Below are positions 9,390-17,534 of a DNA stretch of 64,000 nucleotides, piece after piece. Location: the NCBI GenBank assembly GCA_965246885.1, contig OZ251992.1, positions 704,001-768,000 of the forward strand. Direction: 5' to 3'. The stretch's first letter is position 1. The number at the start of each line of letters is the position of its first letter. Under the pieces are notes generated by a model. The model saw only the letters and a list, made by a program, of their open reading frames with translations. It ran no database searches and was not told the origin of the DNA. The position numbers were made by a program, and so were the translations under genes. The stretch comes from Abditibacterium sp. Lineage in GTDB: Bacteria; Armatimonadota; Abditibacteriia; Abditibacteriales; Abditibacteriaceae.

Positions 9390-11132
9390 CTACTTCCTTT
9401 GCGGCACGACCTGCAAGCCCGGCGAGCCGCCGAAGTTGAGGCCGCTCATGCCGCCCATCCCACCGGGCGCGGCGGGTTTAACCTTGGCGCGTTCGGCGGC
9501 GGCGAGCTTGGGTTCTTTGAGAAGCTCGAAGGCTTGCGCGAGGCGTTGCCGCAAGGGGGCGTTGGGGTCGCCCTGCGAGAACATCGAGGTGGGCATCGGG
9601 TTATTGTCGAGCGCTTTGGAAGCGGCTTTGAACTGCTCAAGCGCGGGTTTGGGTTGACCCGCGTCGCGCAGCGCTTCGGCGTAGGTGAGGAGCAATTCCA
9701 CGTCTTTCTTGGCGGCGTCGCTCGCGGCTTTAAGGGCTTGGAGGCGCGGCTCCTTTTGGCCCATATCGCTATAAAGCGCGGCGCGCTGGTAGTGAATGGC
9801 CGCCGCTTCGAGGCCCGTCCCCGACGTTTTGAGCGCGTCGTTATAGCGAGCGAGCACGTCCGCTCGCGCCTTTCGTTGCTCGTCGCCGACCTTTGTGTAT
9901 AGGTCTTTCGTCTGTAGTTGATACGCTTTAAGCGCGGGGTCGCTCACGTCGGGCGTGGCGGCTTTTTGAATGTCGGCCTGCTTTTTCGACCACGCGGCCC
10001 CGGCTTGCTGCGTTTGAAAGTCGGCGAGCAGTTTCTTCTTGTTTTTGGCGTAGTCCTTGGGCAGGTCGGTCTTGCGGCCCGCGATGAAGTAGATGGTCTG
10101 CGAGCCATCCCCCTCGCTTTTGAAGGGGCCGACGAGCGACCCCGCTGCTTTGGACAGCGCGGTGCCCACTTCGGGCGGCGAGAGTTCGGCGGGCAGCTTT
10201 TGTCCGAGCGCGCCGCTCTTGGCTTTGCTGATGACGTCGGGGTTCTCTTTGGCGGCGACGGCTTTGAAGGCGGCAAGGGTGGGCGTGGCCTTGAGTTGCG
10301 CGAACAGCTTGGTCGCTTTGGCGGCGGCCTCGTTTTGCAAGCGCGTTTGCTCGGCCTTGAAATCTTTCGCGCCGCCCTTGGGAAGATCGGGGCGCAGGGT
10401 GATGGAGTAAAGGTCGAGCTTGGTGAGGCTGCGCTTGTAGTCGTCTTCGGAAACGGTCGCGCTTGCGGCGTCTTTGACCTGCTTTTCGAGCTTGTCTACG
10501 GACAGTTTGTCGCGCACGTTGTCGCGTATATCGCTCGTGACCTTGGCTTTTTCCTGCGCAACAGCCTCGTCTATGCTGCTCACTTTATACTGCGCTTGCA
10601 CCAAGCGCAGAAAGGCGGCTTGGCTCTGGCCCGCTTGCGGCTTGAACTGCTCCTTGATCTCCTTGTCGAGTTCGGCGTCTATTTCGGCGTCCGAAACGAC
10701 AATGTTCGCCGCTTTTGCAGCTTCGGTGAGCGCGGCTTGGTTGGTCAGTTGCCTAAGGGCCGTTTGCTTTTGGTCGAGAAAAGTGGCGGCGGTCGGGATG
10801 CCCATGCCGTACTGCGCGTTGATTTGCACGGAGCGCGCGAAGGCGTTGTTCAATTGCCCTTCGCTGATGGTCTGGTTGCCAAGCGTTGCGGCGACCGCGT
10901 CAGGGCTTTGCCCGCTTCCGCCGTTGCCGTTGCGCGGCACGCCCGAAGGCGACAGGCTCGACACGAGGAAGGTGCCCGCCATGATGAGGCCCGACAGGAC
11001 GACGACCGTCTTCATCAAGCGCGACTGCACGGCGCCCGACCGGATGCCCTCAATGGAAAAGGGCGAGGGTTTGTCTACGTATTCCGGCTCGGCAACGCGT
11101 TTGGCCGGGGTTTTGGGTTCTTTGAGTGCCAT
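9390..11132 (-). CDS. Membrane-anchored SurA/PrsA/PpiD-like foldase with C-terminal TPR
   Basis: N-terminal TM, SurA_N-like (AATLGNQTISEGQL...VSDAEID), degenerate parvulin region, TPR-like helices. Confidence 0.75.
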   Translation of the reverse strand: MALKEPKTPAKRVAEPEYVDKPSPFSIEGIRSGAVQSRLMKTVVVLSGLIMAGTFLVSSLSPSGVPRNGNGGSGQSPDAVAATLGNQTISEGQLNNAFARSVQINAQYGMGIPTAATFLDQKQTALRQLTNQAALTEAAKAANIVVSDAEIDAELDKEIKEQFKPQAGQSQAAFLRLVQAQYKVSSIDEAVAQEKAKVTSDIRDNVRDKLSVDKLEKQVKDAASATVSEDDYKRSLTKLDLYSITLRPDLPKGGAKDFKAEQTRLQNEAAAKATKLFAQLKATPTLAAFKAVAAKENPDVISKAKSGALGQKLPAELSPPEVGTALSKAAGSLVGPFKSEGDGSQTIYFIAGRKTDLPKDYAKNKKKLLADFQTQQAGAAWSKKQADIQKAATPDVSDPALKAYQLQTKDLYTKVGDEQRKARADVLARYNDALKTSGTGLEAAAIHYQRAALYSDMGQKEPRLQALKAASDAAKKDVELLLTYAEALRDAGQPKPALEQFKAASKALDNNPMPTSMFSQGDPNAPLRQRLAQAFELLKEPKLAAAERAKVKPAAPGGMGGMSGLNFGGSPGLQVVPQRK

Positions 11133-11150
11133 GATGGGAAGGGCGCAAGT

Positions 11151-11801
11151 CTAAAGGCCTTCTACGTGCGCCGTTGAATTGATGTAAGACACCACGACGG
11201 GCGGCCCTTCAAGTTGCCCACCGGGGATGGTCTTGGCGTTTCCTATCTCAACTTTCGTCAAGGAGCAGTTGCCCACCACCAGACGCCGCGCGTTGGCCGG
11301 GGGAGCGCCCAACAGTTCGCACAGCAAGACGCGCAAGCTGCCGTTGTGCCCCACGACGGCGACCATACCGCCCTCGTTGGCGCCGATGATCTCGTTCCAC
11401 GCCGGTTCAAGCCGTGCCCACAGCATCTTGTAGGACTCGCCCCCCGGCGGCGCGTTGTTCCAAGGGTCTTCGACGCGCGCTTTCCACTGCGCGGCGTAGC
11501 GCTGGAGAATGTCGTCTTCCGACAACCCTTCCCAATCCCCGTAGTTCACTTCCTTAAGCGCCGCCATGCCCGTCACGCTGAGGCCGTGCTTAGACGCAAT
11601 GGCCTCGCCCGTTTGAAAAGCGCGCTGCAATGTCGAAGCATACACCGCCGTGAGCGGCATCTTTTCGAGCGCCTTGGCAACGGCTTCTTTTTGACGTTGC
11701 CCACGCTCGGTGAGCGGCAAGTCGCTCGCGCCCGCGAAGGTGCGATGCTCGCCCGTATTCCCGGCGACCTCGCCGTGACGAACTAAGTAGATGGTAGTCA
11801 T
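11151..11801 (-). CDS. Histidine phosphatase family protein (CobC/GpmB-like)
   Basis: YLVRHGE, STLQRA, EVNYGDWEG, PPGGES, VGHNG motifs. Confidence 0.92.
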   Translation of the reverse strand: MTTIYLVRHGEVAGNTGEHRTFAGASDLPLTERGQRQKEAVAKALEKMPLTAVYASTLQRAFQTGEAIASKHGLSVTGMAALKEVNYGDWEGLSEDDILQRYAAQWKARVEDPWNNAPPGGESYKMLWARLEPAWNEIIGANEGGMVAVVGHNGSLRVLLCELLGAPPANARRLVVGNCSLTKVEIGNAKTIPGGQLEGPPVVVSYINSTAHVEGL

Positions 11802-11839
11802 GGATGAAATGGCCGCAAAGGTTGCGCGCGGCCAAAAGA

Positions 11840-12865
11840 TTAAGACAGTTTGGCGGCCAGTTCCGCGTTGCGGCGCGCTTTACTCTTCAAGGCTTCCAGT
11901 GTCGCGGCGTCGGGCGCCTTCGCGCCTTCTATGCGCGCGCCCAAATCCCGCAGTTCCGCGTCCGTTGGCGCCGCCACCAAGGGCGCTCCGATGAGGCCCG
12001 CCAAAGCCCGCACCTTCGGGTCGTAGTCGAATGCCACGACCGGTACCCCCACCGACGCCGCGAAAATCAGCGCATGCAGCCGCATCGCCAGCACCCGCTC
12101 GGCCTTCCCCAATCGCTCGATAATTTGGCGCGGATGCCAACCCGCCGTGTCCATTATTTCCTCCGGCGACACGAGCGACCGCAACAACACATCATCCACC
12201 CCCATTTGCATCGCCAAAAACCGCAGTTCTACGCCCGCCGTCGCCGCTTCCCGCTTGAGCGCTGCCACCAATCGCGGCAACGCCCCCGCGTCCGCCCCCG
12301 GCCACGACCGCAAAGCCGCCACCCACTCCCTTTCTTCCGCGTTCCGGCTTGCGACTTCCGCGTTCCCCAAGTCCCACACCGGGTCTGCCGTCACCTCAAC
12401 GGCGCGCGTCACGCCGATTTCGCGCAACAGCCCCGCCGATTCCGGGTCGCGCACCGTCAAAACCCGCGCGCCCTGAAACGCCGAACGCGCCGCTTTGCGG
12501 GCCAAGGGCGAGCGAAGTGGCCCGACACCCTGCGCATACACCATCGTCGGGCGCCCCAGCATCCCCGCGACGCGCAGCAGGGTCGTGTAATAAACCGCGC
12601 TCCGCACGCTCGTTACGTCCTGCACCAAACTCCCGCCGCCGCTCAGGAAGACATCGCATTTCTGCATGGCCCGAAGCAGTTCGCGCGGGTTCTGCCGCCC
12701 AATCGCTTCGATGCCATGCATTTCCCGCGTTCCGGCGGGGTCGCCCGAAGTCGCCGTGAACGTCGCCGACGAATCCAGCACCCGCAAATGCGCGATCATC
12801 GCCGCCAACACCGCCTCATCCCCCGCGTTCGCATAGCCGAAATACCCGTTGATTAAAAATTTCAC
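11840..12865 (-). CDS. csaB: Polysaccharide pyruvyl transferase CsaB
   Basis: GYFGYANAGDEA, GGGSLVQDVTS, AQGVGPL, VRDPES, MRLHALI, YDPKV. Confidence 0.92.
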   Translation of the reverse strand: MKFLINGYFGYANAGDEAVLAAMIAHLRVLDSSATFTATSGDPAGTREMHGIEAIGRQNPRELLRAMQKCDVFLSGGGSLVQDVTSVRSAVYYTTLLRVAGMLGRPTMVYAQGVGPLRSPLARKAARSAFQGARVLTVRDPESAGLLREIGVTRAVEVTADPVWDLGNAEVASRNAEEREWVAALRSWPGADAGALPRLVAALKREAATAGVELRFLAMQMGVDDVLLRSLVSPEEIMDTAGWHPRQIIERLGKAERVLAMRLHALIFAASVGVPVVAFDYDPKVRALAGLIGAPLVAAPTDAELRDLGARIEGAKAPDAATLEALKSKARRNAELAAKLS

Positions 12866-12917
12866 GCGCCTTCCATTTTACGGCCCCCTCGCGCCCTTGG
12901 AGGCCCCGGCGAGTGGT

Positions 12918-13080
12918 TCACCGGTACCGGCGAACCGTCGGCGCGCCTAATTCTTCCGTCCGCCGGGTTGCGCCGATGGTTCACCGGCATACGCGAACGG
13001 TTGGCGCAGCTAATTCTTTCGTCGGCGCGCATGGGCGGCTGACTCCCGTAGCTAACTCAACGGTTCCCGCAGGTCTGTCA
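12918..13080. repeat. 21-bp-phased mosaic array (8 degenerate units)
   Basis: 16-nt units every 21 nt from 12918 (TCACCGGT...) to 13065 (TCCCGCAGGTCTGTCA); 63-nt super-repeat TGGTTCACCGG at 12914 and 12977. Confidence 0.75.
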
Positions 13081-13179
13081 ACGGAAGCGCACGGCCCGCG
13101 TCTTTGAGTGGTGACATACTTGTGCCTCTTGACGACTCCGCATCTTGATTAGCGCAAGGGGCGGGAAACGGGAACATGT

Positions 13180-13204
13180 GGACGAACACAAGATTCGCCC
13201 CTAC
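13180..13204 (-). repeat. REP-like element (GTAG plus short palindrome)
   Basis: Minus strand reads GTAG-GGGCGAA-TCTTGTG-TTCGTCC. Confidence 0.6.
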
Positions 13205-13258
13205 AGTTGACTGGCGGGAATATCGAAACGCAACGGCAATGGGGAATTTTAACTTCGC

Positions 13259-13849
13259 ATGAAACTCGGTCTCATGGGCGGCACCTTTGACCCGATTCAT
13301 TTTGGGCACCTGTTCATCGCCGAAGAAGCGCGCGTGCGGTGCGGGTTGGATGAGGTGTGGTTCGTGCCCAACAACACGCCCGCCCACGTGCAGGGCAAGG
13401 CGGCGCAGTTATCGGCGGAGGAGCGGTTGGCATTGTGCGAGTTGGCCGTCGCGGATAACCCGCATTTCAAGGTGTCTGCGGTCGAGGTCGAGCGCGCCGG
13501 GAAGTCGTACGCCTTCGATACGCTGGGGGAGTTGGGCGCGCAAACGGGGGCGGAACTGTTTTGGATTTTGGGCGCCGACGCCATTGGTGAAGTTTTGACG
13601 TGGTATCGCGGGGCGCAACTGTTCGAGATGTGCCGCTTCGTCGCGGCGTCGCGGCCCGGATTTTCGCTTCAAACGGCGCAAGGAACCCTGAACGCCGCCC
13701 AAGCCTCGCGCGTCGAGTGGATGGAAGTTCCCGGTTTGCACATCGCTTCGCGCGACCTGCGCGAGCGAATCGAGCGCGGCCAATCCATCCGCTACCTCGT
13801 GCCCGACGCGGTGCGAGTGGCCATTGAAACGCGCGGCCTTTACAGGTAG
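13259..13849 (+). CDS. nadD: Nicotinate-nucleotide adenylyltransferase
   Basis: GGTFDPIHFGH, ILGAD, IASRDLRER, YLVPDAV; adjacent to rsfS. Confidence 0.96.
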   Translation: MKLGLMGGTFDPIHFGHLFIAEEARVRCGLDEVWFVPNNTPAHVQGKAAQLSAEERLALCELAVADNPHFKVSAVEVERAGKSYAFDTLGELGAQTGAELFWILGADAIGEVLTWYRGAQLFEMCRFVAASRPGFSLQTAQGTLNAAQASRVEWMEVPGLHIASRDLRERIERGQSIRYLVPDAVRVAIETRGLYR

Positions 13850-13874
13850 AATGGGAACCGACCTCTTTCATTTA

Positions 13875-14339
13875 ATGACAGCCACCCAATTCCAAACCGA
13901 AGAACGCGAAGCGCCGCCCAAGCCCACAATTGACGTGGCCGCGCTCAAAACGCAGATCGCCGGAAACAAAACCGCGCTCATTTGCCAAAGCGCCGACGAA
14001 ATCAAGGCGCTCGATATTACCGTCCTCGACGTGCGCGACCAAACGATTTTGACCGACTACTTCATCATCGCTACGGGCACCTCGAACACCCACATCCAGT
14101 CCATCGCCCGCAACGTCCTCGACAAACTGCGCGACAACGGCATCCGCGCCCGAAGTGAGGGCAACGCCGATTCGTTCTGGGTTGTCCTCGACTACGGCGA
14201 TGCCATCCTCCACGTCCAAACCGAGGAGACACGCGAGTTCTACGACTTGGAGCGTTTATGGGCCGACGCCCAAATCTCCGTCTGGCCCGCCGAAATCACC
14301 GTCGAAGAAACGCCCATTAAACGCGGGCTTTTTCGGTGA
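13875..14339 (+). CDS. rsfS: Ribosome silencing factor
   Basis: KALDITVLDV, DYFIIATGTSNTH, WVVLDYGDAILHV, REFYDLERLW; start uncertain (13851 or 13875). Confidence 0.95.
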   Translation: MTATQFQTEEREAPPKPTIDVAALKTQIAGNKTALICQSADEIKALDITVLDVRDQTILTDYFIIATGTSNTHIQSIARNVLDKLRDNGIRARSEGNADSFWVVLDYGDAILHVQTEETREFYDLERLWADAQISVWPAEITVEETPIKRGLFR

Positions 14340-14382
14340 GGCGGTGATATACTGGGCGTGGACGCCCACAAGGAGCCACCTC

Positions 14383-14640
14383 ATGTATCGGAAAATCGCT
14401 TTGACTTCGGTCACAATCAACGTCGCGCTCGTGTTCGCTTGGCTAGTCGTCTTCATGCCTTGGTGCTTGGATCGCTTCAAGGAAGGCAAAGTTGAGATGC
14501 CCGCGCCCGTGATGTTGCTCATCAACATCTCGCATTTCCTCACCAATCCGCAGACCATTGTGCCGACGCTGATGCTCTTGCTCCTTAGTTTCTTCGGTGC
14601 GAAGGCGCTCCGCAAGCGGACGCCGCGCCGCACTGTGTAA
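14383..14640 (+). CDS. Small two-TM membrane protein (85 aa)
   Basis: AGGAG RBS at 14371; two hydrophobic helices; loop FKEGKVEMPAPVMLLINISHFL resembles the PilC/GspF periplasmic loop. Confidence 0.7.
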   Translation: MYRKIALTSVTINVALVFAWLVVFMPWCLDRFKEGKVEMPAPVMLLINISHFLTNPQTIVPTLMLLLLSFFGAKALRKRTPRRTV

Positions 14641-14688
14641 GAAGTCCCACAATTTTCCCCGTGACAGCCGCTAAACCCGCTTGCCCTG

Positions 14689-14717
14689 TTGAAACGCGCC
14701 CTCTCCCTTGATATAAT
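14689..14717 (+). promoter_or_regulatory. Near-consensus sigma70 promoter with extended -10
   Basis: TTGAAA-N17-TATAAT preceded by TGn. Confidence 0.65.
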
Positions 14718-14720
14718 GCG

Positions 14721-14750
14721 AAGCGCCGAAATTAATTTCGGCGCTTTTTT
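14721..14750 (+). terminator. Perfect 26-bp palindrome plus T tract (terminator of the nadD-rsfS transcript and/or operator)
   Basis: AAGCGCCGAAATTAATTTCGGCGCTT followed by TTTT. Confidence 0.7.
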
Positions 14751-15070
14751 GGTTCCGCGATGACCTTGCACTTGACCTTCCCGACCACGACGCCGTGCCT
14801 TTTGGCATTGGCGAAGGGTGCCACTCATCTCGATAGTGGCGCGCATGGTTGGCAGATGGGCGGCGAGTCGGGCGGGGAACGAAGCATCCGCGCGCGCGGG
14901 CAGTATGGGTTTCGACATCCGAGGCGGCACCCTCAAACGAGGAGGAGCCATTGCCCCCGACCCGAACCCGGCCCGATACCGAGTGACGCGCGCTTTCCCA
15001 AGCCTTCGTCCTCCCATGCGGCGCCGGGTTTTTTTGTTGGTTTTTCTTCGGCCATCGGGGGAGAGATGCC

Positions 15071-15811
15071 ATGACGCAGCCGAACCAACGCGCGGCGGCG
15101 GCGCGGCCCCTCGACCTGAAGGAAGAATACGAAGCGCAGCGTCGGAGCGAGCGGGCGGGCGTGTTCGTGTTGGCCGCGCGGCGCGCGCTTCAACGCGGCG
15201 AACTGGAGGAAGCCAAAGTTCAACTCAAGCAAGCCTTCGCCGTCAACCCCGGCGACGAAAAAGCGGTGGACGTGTTTGGCGACCTCTACCTCGCCGAAGG
15301 CGAAACCGAAAAGGCGCTGGAACTGTTCGAGAAAGCGTTCGCGCGCTTTCCGGGCAACGCCAGCTTCGAGGAGCGCGCCGCGCTGTGCCGCCTCGATTTG
15401 GCCGAAATGGAAGCCGACAAAGTCGTGGCTCCTCTGCTGGTCGAAACGGGCGACAAAGGGAAAATCTTCGAGCGGTCGCCGCAAAAGGCACTTTCCCTGT
15501 CGGTGCTCCTGCCGGGGGCGGGGCAGTTCTACAACGAGGAGAACGAGAAAGGAGCCGCGCTGTTGGGCGCCTATTTACTCTCGTCGGTGTGCTGGTTTTA
15601 CCCGTTGTTTACCCAACTGTCGAACCAGACGCTCCACGATCGCTTGAACTTCGGCATGGCGATGGCGAACCTGAGCGGCTTGGGCGCGCTGATGTTCAAA
15701 GCCGGGACGGTGGTCAGCACCGTCGTTTACATCTACGCACTGTGGGACGCGAAAACCGCCGCCGACAAGTGGAACAAAGAGCGCCGCAAGGCGCTGGGGT
15801 TGGAAAAGTAA
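15071..15811 (+). CDS. TPR-containing membrane protein
   Basis: Two to three TPR-like motifs, then SPQKALSLSVLLPGAGQFYN and TM helices ending IYALWDA. Confidence 0.8.
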   Translation: MTQPNQRAAAARPLDLKEEYEAQRRSERAGVFVLAARRALQRGELEEAKVQLKQAFAVNPGDEKAVDVFGDLYLAEGETEKALELFEKAFARFPGNASFEERAALCRLDLAEMEADKVVAPLLVETGDKGKIFERSPQKALSLSVLLPGAGQFYNEENEKGAALLGAYLLSSVCWFYPLFTQLSNQTLHDRLNFGMAMANLSGLGALMFKAGTVVSTVVYIYALWDAKTAADKWNKERRKALGLEK

Positions 15812-15841
15812 GGAGAAACGCAGAAAGGAGAACTTGCAATT

Positions 15842-16483
15842 ATGGCACGTAATTCCAAAACGAAGCACCCGCCTTCTTCGGAGGCCCACAGGCGCAAGGG
15901 CGCCATTCAAACCGCGCGCGGCGACGGCGCCGCCTCCTCGCTCGACAGCGCACCGACGCAGTTGCCGGGAGTTTTGGTCCTGAACCAGAACTTCGAGCCG
16001 CTCAACATCTGCTCGCTCCATCGCGGCATCGCGCTCCTTTTGCTCGACAAAGCCGAAGTGCTGCGCTTTTCCGAGCAAACGCTGCGCTCCGCCGACGAGG
16101 AGCATCTCGTGCCGTCCGTCCTGCGCCTCCATTCCGGCGTGCGCCGCCCGACGCCGGAGCTTAAAATCTCGCGCAAAAGCGTTCTCGCCCGCGACAGCTA
16201 CACCTGCGTCTACTGCGGCTCGCGCGAGTCGCTCACGCTCGACCACGTCTTCCCGCGCTGTCGCGGCGGCGAAACGACGTGGGAAAACGTCGTCTGCTCG
16301 TGCCTCAAGTGCAACAACAAAAAAGGCAACCGCACCCCCTCCGAGTGCGGCCTGCGCTTGCCGCACCCCCCGCGCAAACCGCGCTACGTCCCCTACATCT
16401 CCTTCCCCCGCTTCGTTTCAGCCGTCCGCCGCGACGAATGGCGCGAGTTTTTGGAGGGGTACGGGAAGGGATTAGAAAGCTAA
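15842..16483 (+). CDS. HNH endonuclease (McrA-like)
   Basis: VLVLNQNFEPL, RDSYTCVYCG, LTLDHVFPRCRGG, WENVVCSCLKCNNKKG. Confidence 0.93.
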   Translation: MARNSKTKHPPSSEAHRRKGAIQTARGDGAASSLDSAPTQLPGVLVLNQNFEPLNICSLHRGIALLLLDKAEVLRFSEQTLRSADEEHLVPSVLRLHSGVRRPTPELKISRKSVLARDSYTCVYCGSRESLTLDHVFPRCRGGETTWENVVCSCLKCNNKKGNRTPSECGLRLPHPPRKPRYVPYISFPRFVSAVRRDEWREFLEGYGKGLES

Positions 16484-16514
16484 GCTGTGAGCGGCCCCGC
16501 TTCCTTGGGGCCGC

Positions 16515-17534
16515 TCATCCCCCCGCCAGCCGCCTTCCTATTTCTTCTGGCGAGCAGGTAAACTGGGCGGCGCCCAGTTCGATGGCGACGCGGGGCATGC
16601 CAAACACGACGCAGGAGGCTTCGTCTTGCGCGAAGGTTTCGCCGCGCGCTTGGCGCACCCGTAGGAGGCCGCTTGCGCCATCGCTTCCCATGCCCGTCAA
16701 TAGAATCGCCGTTGCGCGCGAGCCATACGCGCGGGCGACGGAGTCGAACAGCACTGTGACCGACGGGCGATGGCCGTCGCGCGGCGGGGTTGTGGACAAG
16801 CACACGCGGCCTCCGGCGGTGACTTCCAGATGATGGTCTTCCGGCGGGAATAGCGCCGTCCCGATGGGCGCGATCTCGCCGTCGCGGGCCAGCCTTACGC
16901 GCACGCGGCAACCCTCATCCAACCACGTCACCAACCCCGCCAAGAACCCCTTCGCCACGTGTTGTACGCATACCACTGGAACTGGAAAGTCGGCGGGAAG
17001 CGCGGAAAGGATGGTCAGCAGCGCGCCGGGGCCACCCGTTGATGCGCCAATGGCGACGACCCCACGCGGCGCGCCAAGCGGTGTCGCGTTGGGAAGCGGC
17101 GCAGGCGCGGCGAGCAGGGGCGGCGTCCAGACGCCGCGCCGCCCAATCACCGGCACGCGCGCCAGCATCCGTAAGCGGGCGACGAAGGCCGGGGCTTGGG
17201 TGGGGAGCGTCGGGCGCTCGATGCAATCCAGCGCGCCCGCATCCAACGCCGCGCGGCGGGCGGCGTCATCGGGAGATGGACAAAACAGCAGAATCGGGCA
17301 GGGCAGGGCGCGCATAATTTGGCGCGTGAGTTCCAGCCCGTCCACAAGCGGAAGCGCAGCGTCGGCGCACACCAAGTCCGGGCAGGCGGCGGGCAACATC
17401 GCTATGGCTTCGCGTCCATGCGCGGCCACGCCCACCACCTCAATGTCCGGCGTGCCCGCCAACAGCCGCTCCAAAGCGCGGCCCGCCAAGGGAGAGGCGA
17501 CCACGAGCAACACGCGCACGCGCGCGCCCGTCAC
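16515..17534 (-). CDS. cheB: Chemotaxis methylesterase REC-CheB (WspF-like)
   Basis: GASTGGP, VQH, HRPSVTVLF, LTGMGSDGA, VVFGMP; N-terminal REC. Confidence 0.95.
   Translation of the reverse strand: MTGARVRVLLVVASPLAGRALERLLAGTPDIEVVGVAAHGREAIAMLPAACPDLVCADAALPLVDGLELTRQIMRALPCPILLFCPSPDDAARRAALDAGALDCIERPTLPTQAPAFVARLRMLARVPVIGRRGVWTPPLLAAPAPLPNATPLGAPRGVVAIGASTGGPGALLTILSALPADFPVPVVCVQHVAKGFLAGLVTWLDEGCRVRVRLARDGEIAPIGTALFPPEDHHLEVTAGGRVCLSTTPPRDGHRPSVTVLFDSVARAYGSRATAILLTGMGSDGASGLLRVRQARGETFAQDEASCVVFGMPRVAIELGAAQFTCSPEEIGRRLAGG

Noticed and set aside
3280..9657. Long plus-strand ORFs (820 aa, 524 aa) opposite alpha-2-macroglobulin, and similar antisense ORFs elsewhere
   Set aside because: Shadow ORFs caused by high GC3; no motifs, and the opposite strand encodes recognisable proteins
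14897..14916. tmRNA-like 5' motif CGGGCAGTATGGGTTTCGAC
   Set aside because: First base is C, and no T-arm, acceptor 3' strand or tag ORF ending in Ala was found on either side (standard or permuted form)
15842..16483. HNH as Cas9/IscB, homing or mobile-element nuclease
   Set aside because: Stand-alone McrA-like protein with host-like codon usage; no RuvC, intron or terminal repeats seen
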